A stretch of DNA of 64,000 bases from Anaeramoeba ignava BMAN (lineage: Eukaryota > Protista > Anaeramoebae): positions 310,001 through 374,000 of the forward strand of contig JAPDFW010000074.1 of NCBI GenBank assembly GCA_028826165.1, in the 5' to 3' direction. Within the stretch, counting starts at the first letter, position 1. The number at the start of each line of letters is the position of its first letter. This document shows, in pieces, positions 34,081 through 43,900 of the stretch. Position numbers and translations under genes: made by a program. The notes under the pieces are model-generated. The model worked only from the letters and a program-made list of their open reading frames with translations, was not told where the DNA came from and made no database searches.

Positions 34081-36408
34081 TTAATTCAGATTTTTTTGTT
34101 TGTTTAAATCGTTTAAAAGTAAATCAATTATTGAATTTTGATTTAATTGATAATAATCTTTTAAATCTTCAAATTCTTCTGAAATTGTTTCTTCATTACT
34201 AAATTTATCATGATAAAGAAAATGAATTAATTGTTGAATTGTTTCAAATGATTTTTGTGAATAATCATGAACTTGATTAGAAGAATCGTTGACATTTAAA
34301 AACATTCCTTTGTATAAATCACTTCTTAAAATTAATATTAATTTATGAACTTTAATTTCTTTTTCTTCAACAATTATTGTGAAATCTTTAGTTTCATTTT
34401 GATAATATAATTCTGATAAATCTTTTATTATTCCTTTGATTCCTTTTTTAGATTCAATCCATTTTGAATCAAATCCAATTTCATTGAAAAATTCTTGCAT
34501 TTTGTTTTCTTTTTCTTTATATTTTTGCTTTTCAATTTGTATTTTTCTATAAATATCATTTTGATAACCATTTTCAAGTTTATTAACCAAATTAAAAAAT
34601 TGATCAAAATCAGCAAATCCTGAATAAAGGAAATTGAGAACATATTGAACTTCTTCTTTGGGTTTTTTTAAGCAATTATCAACAAATTTTTGTAAAATGG
34701 AATTATTATTATCAAATCTTGTTAAAAGAATCAATTTATGCACTTGAAATGAAAAATTATCATTTGATTGAATTTGGAAATCTGAAAAATTTTCATTTGA
34801 TTTCAATAAATTGTTTAAATCTTGATTGAGTGAAAAAATTTGGTTCATCAAATAAACAACTTCTTGTGGGAAACTATATTGGATAATATCGAAAGGATTC
34901 GAACCATTTCTGATTAATAAATTAATGACTTTTTCATTTTGTTTGGGAATTCTTATTGCATAATGTAAAGCTGATTCTTGGAATTGATTTTTAGCATTAA
35001 CATCAACCCCTTTTTCAATTAAGTATTTGATAATTTCGAATGGTTTCTTATTTAAAATAGCAAGATGCAAAATAGTTTGACGATCTGCACTTTGGCAAGT
35101 AAAATCTATTCCTTTTTCATTAAGAAATTGAATAACTGCCATTTGGTTTGGGTTTCTATTTTGTAAAACAAAATGTAAAAGTGTTTCTTCATATGCTGTT
35201 TTGGCATTGATGTCTCCTCCTTTTGAAATTAGAAACCGAATAATTTGAATTGCATTCGAATTTGGATTTTGACAAGCATAATGTAAAGGTGTGTCTAGTT
35301 TATTTGTTTTGGCATTGACATCTACTCCTCTCGAAAGGAGATATTCAGCAATTTTGATTGAGTTCTCAACTTGAAATGGGTTTTTGCAAATAAGATGCAA
35401 AGGTGTTTCTGATTTGTTATTGGTGGCGTTGGCATGCGCTCCTTTTGAAATAAGAAATTTGACAATTTCAAACGGATTCTGGTTTTGGTTTGGACTTTGA
35501 CAAATAAGATGCAAAGGTGTGTCAAAATGCGTGCTTGTGGCATTGACATTTGCTCCTTTTGAAACAAGAAATTTGACAACTTCAACAGATTTATTTTTTT
35601 GGCTTTTACAAACTAAATGCAAAGCTGTTTCTGAATTCTTATTTATGGCATTGATATCAGATATAATTGGGAGAAGAAGTTTGATCATTTCAAGTGAAAT
35701 GTAAGTGTTTTTACAAACCAAATGCAAAGACGTTTCTTCTTTATTTGCTTTGACATTGGCATCTGCTCCATGCAAAATTAAATATTTGGCAGTTTCAAAT
35801 GAATTTCTTTGACAAGCAATATGTAATGGTGTTTCTTTTTCGTTATTTTGAGAATTAATTGCAATTCCCGATTCAACAAGAAATTTGATTGTTTGATTGA
35901 AAATGGATTTTTCTTTTTCTTTTTCTTTTTCTTTTTCTTTTTCTTCTAATTTTCTACAAAGAATATGCAAAAGAGAGTTGCCAAATTCACTTTTGACATT
36001 GATATCTCCTCCTTTAGAAACAAGAAATTTAACAATTTCAAATAGATTTTTTTTTTGACTTTGACATGCATAAAATAATGGTGTTTCTTTGATATCATTT
36101 TTGGCATTAACATCAGCTCCTTTTCCAATTAATAATTTGATAACTTCAATTGCTTTATCATTTATATTTAAACAAGCAAAATGTAAAGGAGTTTCTTTAT
36201 TATATTTTGTTTTGACATTTAGATCTTCTCCATTTTCAATTAATTTTTTAATTTCTTCAATAGAATTTGAATCTAAATTTTGATTTTGACATGCAATATG
36301 CAAAGGTTTTTCTTCACTTTTTATTTTATAATTTTCATCTTTTCCATTTTGTTTTGAATTATTTTCTTGTTTTAAATCAATTTCTTTTTTTGAATTAACT
36401 GAACCCAT
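34081..36408 (-). CDS. Ankyrin-repeat protein with C-terminal tandem BTB-like domains; N-terminal MGS (possible myristoylation)
   Basis: About 12 TPLHxAC ankyrin repeats. BTB segments DFQIQSNDNFSFQVHKLILLTR and DFTIIVEEKEIKVHKLILILRS. Confidence 0.9.
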   Translation of the reverse strand: MGSVNSKKEIDLKQENNSKQNGKDENYKIKSEEKPLHIACQNQNLDSNSIEEIKKLIENGEDLNVKTKYNKETPLHFACLNINDKAIEVIKLLIGKGADVNAKNDIKETPLFYACQSQKKNLFEIVKFLVSKGGDINVKSEFGNSLLHILCRKLEEKEKEKEKEKEKSIFNQTIKFLVESGIAINSQNNEKETPLHIACQRNSFETAKYLILHGADANVKANKEETSLHLVCKNTYISLEMIKLLLPIISDINAINKNSETALHLVCKSQKNKSVEVVKFLVSKGANVNATSTHFDTPLHLICQSPNQNQNPFEIVKFLISKGAHANATNNKSETPLHLICKNPFQVENSIKIAEYLLSRGVDVNAKTNKLDTPLHYACQNPNSNAIQIIRFLISKGGDINAKTAYEETLLHFVLQNRNPNQMAVIQFLNEKGIDFTCQSADRQTILHLAILNKKPFEIIKYLIEKGVDVNAKNQFQESALHYAIRIPKQNEKVINLLIRNGSNPFDIIQYSFPQEVVYLMNQIFSLNQDLNNLLKSNENFSDFQIQSNDNFSFQVHKLILLTRFDNNNSILQKFVDNCLKKPKEEVQYVLNFLYSGFADFDQFFNLVNKLENGYQNDIYRKIQIEKQKYKEKENKMQEFFNEIGFDSKWIESKKGIKGIIKDLSELYYQNETKDFTIIVEEKEIKVHKLILILRSDLYKGMFLNVNDSSNQVHDYSQKSFETIQQLIHFLYHDKFSNEETISEEFEDLKDYYQLNQNSIIDLLLNDLNKQKNLN

Positions 36409-39400
36409 TTTAAATTAAAAAAAAAATTTAAAAAAAAAATGAAAAAAATTAAAAATCATTTTTTTTTAAAAAAAATCAAAAAGAAAATGTCTCAATTTGA
36501 ATTAAATCAAAAATTAATTGAAGTTTGTGAAAAAGGAAATGAAATTGAAGTTATTAAATACTTAATTGAAAAAGGAGCTGATATTAATTGCAAAACAAAT
36601 GAAAACAAAACACCTTTACATTTAGTTTGTGAAAAAGGAAATGAAATTGAAATTATTAAATACTTAATTGAAAAAGGAGCTGATATTAATTGTAAAACAA
36701 ATGAAAATAAAACACCTTTACATTTAATTTGTGAAAAAGGAAATGAAATTGAAGTTATTAAATACTTAATTGAAAAAGGAGCTGATGTTAATTGTAAAAC
36801 AAATGAAAATAAAACACCTTTACATTTAGTTTGTGAAAAAGGAAATGAAATTGAAATTATTAAATACTTAATTGAAAAAGGAGCTAATGTTAATTGTAAA
36901 ACAAATGAAAATAAAACACCTTTACATTTAATTTGTGAAAAAGGAAATGAAATTGAAATTATTAAATATTTAATTGAAAAAGGAGCTGATGTTAATTGTA
37001 AAACAAATGAAAACAAAACACCTTTACATTTAATTTGTGAAAAAGGAAATGAAATTGAAGTTATTAAATACTTAATTGAAAAAGGAGCTGATATTAATTG
37101 CAAAACAAATGAAAACAAAACACCTTTACATTTAGTTTGTGAAAAAGGAAATGAAATTGAAGTTATTAAATACTTAATTGAAAAAGGAGCTGATGTAAAC
37201 ACATTAACAGACTTTAATGAAACACCTTTACTTGCTTGCTGCAGAAAAAATTCATTTGAAGCAATTAAAATTCTTGTTGAAAAAGGAGCTGATATTAATA
37301 TTAAAGCACTTGATCAAAAAACACCTTTACATCTGGCTTGCCAATACAATTCACTTGAAACAGTTAAGTTCTTTGTTGAAAAAGGAATCAATATTAATTT
37401 AGTATCAGAAATCAAAGAAACTGCTCTTCACATTGCATGCCAAAAAAGAGATTCATTTGAAGTAATAAAATATCTAGTTGAAAAAGGAGCTAATGTGAAT
37501 TCAAGAAATATTGTGAATGAATCTCCTTTACATTTTGCTTGCCAATATCAAAATTCAGTTGAAGTTCTCAAGCTTCTATTCAGAAAAGATACAAATATAA
37601 ATTCACCAGGATGGTTCAAATTCACTCCATTGCATTTGGCTTGCAAACACCAAAGAAATGTTGAAATGATTAAATTCCTTGTTTCAATCGGTGCTGATGT
37701 TAATGCACAATCTTATATAAATGAAACTCCTCTTCATTTTGCTTGCCAAAATAGCAATCCTTCCTTGGAATTTATCAAGTTTCTTGTTGAATCAGGAGCT
37801 GATGTTAATTTGCAAGACAACGACTCTAAAAAACCTTTACATTTAGCTTGTTTAAATGGAAGTGAAAATATATTTGAAATTATTGAATATTTGATCGAAA
37901 ATGGGACTGATGTCAATTCAAAAATCGCTAATGGCGAAACTCCATTACATTATGCTTGCAAAAATGAAAAGAATAACGTAATTCAAATTATTAAATACTT
38001 AATTGAAAATGGAGCTGATATTAATTGCACAACAAATTACAGAGAAACAATCTTGCACTTTCTTTTTAGATACCAAAGAAATAACCCGAATTTATTCGAA
38101 ATACTCAAATTTGTTGTTGAAAAAGGAGTTGGTATTGGTTTGAGCAACTCTTACAATGATTCAGTTCTACATCATATTTGCCAATACCAAAATGAAAAAA
38201 CGCTGGAGATTGCCAAGTTTTTTGTTTCAAAAGGAGCAAGTATTAATACCAAAAATCAATCAAATCAATCAGCTTTGTATTATGCTTGTTATTATGAAGA
38301 TTATAAACAAGATATTTTCGAAATTATTAAATTTCTTGTTGAAAGTGGAGCTGATGTGAATCAAAAAACAGATTATCAAGAAGACACACCTTTGCACATT
38401 GTTTGCCAGCGGAGAAAAGAGAATCCAATGCAGATTATTGAATATCTACTTTCAAAAGGAGCTAATATAAACGCAAATAATAGATTCCAACAAACACCTT
38501 TACATTTTGCTTGCGAATATCAAAATTCATTTGAGTTGATTAAATATCTTGTTAGTAAAGGAGCTGTTGCTAATAGAAAAACATACAATAACGAAAATCC
38601 TCTGCATCTATCATGCAGACATCAAGACCAAAAAGAAATAGGCATTATTCAGCTTTTTATTGAGCAAGGAATTAATATTAATGAAAAAACAAAATATAAC
38701 GAAACAGCTTTAAGTCATGCTTGTAGATATCACAATTCAGTGGAAATTGTCAAGTATTTGATTCAAAAAGGTGCAAAACCAAATACAAAAAACGAATGGA
38801 ACCAATCACCTTTACATTTTTCTTTTTTCAATAACCCAAATTCACTTGAAATTGTGAAAATTCTTGTTCAAAACAAAGCACCTATAAATGCAAAAGGAGA
38901 TGATGAAAAAACACCTTTACATTACGCTTGTCAATTCCAAGATGTTAAAGATTTGCTTGAAATCATAAAATATTTCATCGAACAAAAAGCAAATGTGAAC
39001 ATCAAAACCATTTACGATGAAACACCTTTGCATTTTCTTTGTCGACGAAATTGTGTGGAGCCGATCAAATTCATCGTTTCAAAAGGTGCAGATGTAAATG
39101 CAAAATCAAAAACTAATCAAACCCCTTTATCTATTTCTTGCTACGGAAACTCACTTGAAATTGTGAAATTTCTCATTGAGCAAAAAGCAAATCCAAATAT
39201 AAAAGCAGATTCAAGTGGAACACCCTTACATATTGCTTGTCAAAGAGGAAATTTGGAATTTATCAAAATTCTTGTTGAAAACAAAGCAAATATTAATACA
39301 AAAGTTTATTCAAATACAACGCCTCTTCATATTGCTTGTGAAAGACCCATTTCAATAGAAATTATCAAATATTTAATTGAGAAAGGAGCGAAAATCAATG

Positions 39401-40843
39401 AAAGAAATGACCAACAAGAATCACCTTTACATATTGTTTGCCGCAACAAAAATTCATTTGAAGTAATCAAATATCTTATTGAAAACGGTGCTGATATTAA
39501 TGCAAAAACAAACAAACAAGAAACTGCTTTGCATTATATTGCTAAAATTCCCAATTCACTTGAATCAATTAAATTTCTTGTTGGAAAAGGAGCTGATTTA
39601 AATGCAAAAACAAATTCGAATGAAACATTGCTCCATATCATATGCGAATCCTCTTTATCATTCCCAGAAATTGAATATGTGGTTGCAAAAGGTGCTGATA
39701 TTAATGCAAAAACAAACGAAAAAGAAACTGCTTTGCATTTTGCTTGTAAAAACCAAAACCAAAATCACAATTCAATTCAAATTATCAAACTTCTTATTGA
39801 AAAAGGTGCTGATATTAATTCCAAAAACCACCATTTATTTACTCCTTTGCATTATTTTTGTAGTTCTGAAAATGATAAAATCAGATATCAAAATCCAAAT
39901 GCACATGAAATTCTCAAATATCTTATTCAATCTGGAGCTGATATTAATGCAAAGAGTTTTAGAAACGAAACTCCTTTATCCATCTCAATTCAAAATAATA
40001 ATCAGAAATCAATCAGATTTTTACTTGAAAATGATCCAAATATTCTTGATTTAGAAATTCAAGGATATTTCAGACTTACAAACGAATTTGCTAATTTAGT
40101 TTCTCAAATTTATTCATTTAATCAAGATTTAAACAATTTATTAAAATCAAATCAATTCTCAAATTATCAAATTCAATCATGTGATGGTTTCAAATTCAAT
40201 GCTCATAAATTGATTCTTTTAACAAGATTTGATAATAATAATTCCATTTTACAAAAATTTGTTGAAAATTGCTTAAAAAAACCCAAAGAAGAAGTTCAAT
40301 ATGTTCTCAATTTCCTTTATTCAGGATTTGTTGATTTTGATCAATTTTTTAATTTGGTTAATAAACTTGAAAATGGTTATCAAAACGAAATTCAAAAAGA
40401 AATACAAATTGAAAAGCAAAAATATAAAGAAAAAGAAAATAAAATGCAAGAATTTTTTAATGAAATTGGATTTGATTCAAAATGGATTGAATCTAAAAAA
40501 GGAATCAAAGGAATAATAAAAGATTTATCAAAATTATATTATCAAAATGAAACTAAAGATTTCACAATAATTGTTGAAGAAAAAGAAATTAAAGTTCATA
40601 AATTAATATTAATTTTAAGAAGTGATTTATACAAAGGAATGTTTGAATTAAATCTTAATGATTCTTCTAATCAAGTTCACGATTATTCACAAAAATCATT
40701 TGAAACAATTCAACAATTAATTCATTTTCTTTATCATGATAAATTTAGTAATGAAGAAACAATTTCAGAAGAATTTGAAGATTTAAAAGATTATTATCAA
40801 TTAAATCAAAATTCAATAATTGATTTACTTTTAAACGATTTAA
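34104..40843. repeat. Inverted repeat: ~635-bp arms (34104-34740 and 40204-40843) formed by the BTB-coding ends of the two ankyrin genes
   Basis: HKLILLTRFDNNNSILQKFV...YYQLNQNSIIDLLLNDL is near-identical at nucleotide level on opposite strands. Confidence 0.9.
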
Positions 40844-40902
40844 AAAAACTTAATCCAGAAAAAGAATTCTCAAAAAGAGCTCAGAAAAATTATTTTTTCT
40901 AA
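36487..40902 (+). CDS. Long ankyrin-repeat protein (~30+ repeats) with C-terminal tandem BTB-like domains
   Basis: Likely start ATG 36487 (MSQFELNQK). Seven near-identical 99-nt ankyrin units, then divergent units. BTB tail nearly identical to the opposite-strand paralog. Confidence 0.9.
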   Translation: MSQFELNQKLIEVCEKGNEIEVIKYLIEKGADINCKTNENKTPLHLVCEKGNEIEIIKYLIEKGADINCKTNENKTPLHLICEKGNEIEVIKYLIEKGADVNCKTNENKTPLHLVCEKGNEIEIIKYLIEKGANVNCKTNENKTPLHLICEKGNEIEIIKYLIEKGADVNCKTNENKTPLHLICEKGNEIEVIKYLIEKGADINCKTNENKTPLHLVCEKGNEIEVIKYLIEKGADVNTLTDFNETPLLACCRKNSFEAIKILVEKGADINIKALDQKTPLHLACQYNSLETVKFFVEKGININLVSEIKETALHIACQKRDSFEVIKYLVEKGANVNSRNIVNESPLHFACQYQNSVEVLKLLFRKDTNINSPGWFKFTPLHLACKHQRNVEMIKFLVSIGADVNAQSYINETPLHFACQNSNPSLEFIKFLVESGADVNLQDNDSKKPLHLACLNGSENIFEIIEYLIENGTDVNSKIANGETPLHYACKNEKNNVIQIIKYLIENGADINCTTNYRETILHFLFRYQRNNPNLFEILKFVVEKGVGIGLSNSYNDSVLHHICQYQNEKTLEIAKFFVSKGASINTKNQSNQSALYYACYYEDYKQDIFEIIKFLVESGADVNQKTDYQEDTPLHIVCQRRKENPMQIIEYLLSKGANINANNRFQQTPLHFACEYQNSFELIKYLVSKGAVANRKTYNNENPLHLSCRHQDQKEIGIIQLFIEQGININEKTKYNETALSHACRYHNSVEIVKYLIQKGAKPNTKNEWNQSPLHFSFFNNPNSLEIVKILVQNKAPINAKGDDEKTPLHYACQFQDVKDLLEIIKYFIEQKANVNIKTIYDETPLHFLCRRNCVEPIKFIVSKGADVNAKSKTNQTPLSISCYGNSLEIVKFLIEQKANPNIKADSSGTPLHIACQRGNLEFIKILVENKANINTKVYSNTTPLHIACERPISIEIIKYLIEKGAKINERNDQQESPLHIVCRNKNSFEVIKYLIENGADINAKTNKQETALHYIAKIPNSLESIKFLVGKGADLNAKTNSNETLLHIICESSLSFPEIEYVVAKGADINAKTNEKETALHFACKNQNQNHNSIQIIKLLIEKGADINSKNHHLFTPLHYFCSSENDKIRYQNPNAHEILKYLIQSGADINAKSFRNETPLSISIQNNNQKSIRFLLENDPNILDLEIQGYFRLTNEFANLVSQIYSFNQDLNNLLKSNQFSNYQIQSCDGFKFNAHKLILLTRFDNNNSILQKFVENCLKKPKEEVQYVLNFLYSGFVDFDQFFNLVNKLENGYQNEIQKEIQIEKQKYKEKENKMQEFFNEIGFDSKWIESKKGIKGIIKDLSKLYYQNETKDFTIIVEEKEIKVHKLILILRSDLYKGMFELNLNDSSNQVHDYSQKSFETIQQLIHFLYHDKFSNEETISEEFEDLKDYYQLNQNSIIDLLLNDLKKLNPEKEFSKRAQKNYFF
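36515..37200 (+). repeat. Seven near-identical 99-bp ankyrin coding repeats
   Basis: CEKGNEIE(V/I)IKYLIEKGAD(I/V)NCKTNENKTPLHL repeated with only a few nucleotide differences. Confidence 0.95.
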
Positions 40903-40965
40903 TTCGAATTTTTTTAATTTTAATTTTATTTAAAATTTTGAATTTTTTTGAAAAAGAAAAATAAA

Positions 40966-43900
40966 CTAAATCATTAAAGGAATCATAAACAATTTTCCGG
41001 TATTATCAGCAAGAAAAACTTTCAATTGACTAACAGAAACAAACATTGCAGTTACAGAAACTTTCAATTCAATTTCTGAAATCAAAAGAAGTTTTGGAAT
41101 TGAATAAATTTGAATTTTTCCAAAATTTGTAGCAATCAAAATCAAACTAAATTGAGAAATAACTTGCATTGAAACAATAAAATTAGAAATTGAAACTGAA
41201 TTAACATTTGTTCCATTTATCGAATAAATATCAATAAGACCCAAACTGTTTCCAGAAACTAAATAAATATACGCATCATCACCAACACTGACAAGTTGGA
41301 AAGGAGAAGATTTTTCAATCATTTGAGTGCATTGACCTGACATTAAAGAATAAATTAAACATTTTCCATTTTTTGAGCAACTGACAACAATATCGGAGTC
41401 ATAGCTCAAGGAAACACCAGTGATCTCATCGTCATGTCCATAAAGTACATAAAGAGGATTCTCGGAAATAATCAAGTTGGATTGGTTTGTTGGGGTTACT
41501 TTCCATATCATAATTGTTGTATCCCGAGATCCAGTGACTAAAATATTGCTATCAAACGCAAGACAAGTCACAACGTTCTTATGTTTCTCAACACTCTGGA
41601 CAGTTTGGAAGGACTCAAGACTTGTAACCTTGATCGACGCATCCCAGAACCCGCATCCAATCAGGAAACGTGTGTCTTCAGTGATACAGAAACAGTTGCT
41701 CAATGAGCGAATTTTATGATCGAGCGAAAATGCCAACGGAAATTTATTCTTCGTTGTTGAGTCATCTTCAACAAGAACAGCATTCGAGGACTTTTGAACC
41801 GGGATTGCGGTGTTGTGGAGAAAAGACTCCGCCGAGGAGCGGGATGTACTCGAGCTTCCTATCCAACGGTATATTTTGATTTGTCGCGATGAGGTGATCA
41901 CAACAAGTTTGTCAAATACGCCAAAAAGAGATGTTTTGACTTTCTTCATCTCGGCAAGTCGCAAGGAAAGAACTGGATACTTCGAAATCTTTGCCGAGAA
42001 TATACTCTGTGGGTCGAGGAGATTGGGGGTTGTAAAGCGGTTCCAATCTCGACAAATTAGGGAAAAATTTGAATCCGATTGGGATAAACGTTGTGGATGT
42101 GGACGATGAAAAAGTTGAAAGGGTGTCTGTCCAAAGTACTCGATTTGCTCGAGAACGGCCTCGATATGTGATTGGGGAATGCGCGAAAAATCAACATGAC
42201 TGCTGTATGAGAGAGAATTGAAAACGTTGAAGGATTTTTGAGCTTGAATTCCTTGTTGTTTATAACCGAAAATAAGATCGATCCACTCGTTAAGATGAGC
42301 AGAGACATAATCCGATTCAAGAGCGGCAGCATGAATTCGGATAAAATCGTGCGGAGTGTTTCCCCACGGAGGAAGTTGGACGTTATTGATTTTTCTACCG
42401 TCCTGAGTTGTACCGAATTGAAATTGTTCCGAATTCTCCAAAAATTCGGGAAAATAAAAAAATTCAGGAATCAATTCTTTGACATCCATTGCGTTATTTA
42501 AACAGTTATTCCATGTCTGTTCTATACTAAAGAACATGCGGTCGGGCTTATCAAACTTGCCTCCCTGGAGCTCAATAGCAAGGGAAGTGAACGGCTCAAC
42601 ACGAAGAAGAAACCAGAGAACAATAGCCACGTTTGAATAATGAGAGGCATAATGAAAAGGGATCATATCAGTCGCCTCTGCAAATTTGATTGCAAGTTGC
42701 TTTCGCCGCTCCTCGCCAAGGAGAGCACCAATAGGCATCGATAGATCGCGGAAATTTTTGGGATCGTTGAGATCAAGCACTAAAGAATCATAATCCGAAA
42801 TGATCCAAGGAAATACCGGATATTGTGATAAATCGTTGTAGCTTCTTCCTGCAATCGTGTTGAGCTCCATCAAATACTCGAAGTTGCTGATTTCTCTGTG
42901 CTGCCATCTTGCAGTCACATGTGTATGTTTCAAATAAGCACGCGGATTGCTTGCATAACTTCCTCTTTTGTCTCCACTTCCAACTTTGAATTTCTCGTGA
43001 TTCACAATCTTATTGAATGCCTGGTTCCGTTGCTTCTCGTTTGCGAACCGTAGAAACAGACTCTTGTGGTTCGCAAAGAAAATCTCCATTCCAGTCTCCT
43101 GGAGAAGATATCTTCTTTTCATGATCTTGATTATGCTTGTGATTTCCCAGAAACGATGTCTTGTTGTTTTCGGAAAATTGTTCCCTAAATTTGATGTATT
43201 AGGAACAATGCTATTTTGTAGATAATTGGGATTAGTTAAATTGTTTCCTTTTGAGGATATCAATGTTTGCAGATTCGGTGCGCTTTGGTTTTGTGGAATT
43301 CTTGTTGATTTTTTTATTTTATTTGAATAATTTTCTTCATTTAAATTTTCTTCATTTGAATTTGTTCTAAATTGATGATCCAAATAATTTGTCTCAGTTA
43401 AGTTTCTCGTCAATTGTTGTGGTTTTGTTAGATGTTTTTTCAAATTAGGATCTGTTTTGTTTTCCAGAATTTCATTTTGTAATTGAAATTGCGGCGGATT
43501 TCTTAATTTTTTGCTCTTTTCATTGAAAATTTCATCAGTATCAAAAATGGGATTATTTTCAAAAATCGATTCATTTGATATTTTTTGCTCGTCTTCGTAT
43601 TTCAAAATTTCCTTTGGATGATTCTTGGAATTTGGAACAAAATCAGAGTCCAAATTCAAAGAATGGAAAGTAATTTCGAATATTCCAGGAATTTTCCTCA
43701 AAGGTTTAATCCTCTCACAAATGCATCTAAAACGGACTTGTTTCGAGCTCTGATTTAAAGTAGTAAATTTAGAATAATTTGAGAGATATTGGGAATTTTG
43801 GGGATTGGGTTGCTTATCATTTTCATCGGAATTCAAACCAAAATTCTCAGAATCCTGGGGAGTAAGATTGATATCATCGCTATCAGAATAGACTTCATCC

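Noticed and set aside
41809-41817. HN-T tripeptide in the BEACH protein, resembling an intein C-terminus
   Set aside because: No intein block A/B, no LAGLIDADG motifs and no large insertion at this point. No intein was seen in the ZGRF1 helicase motifs either.
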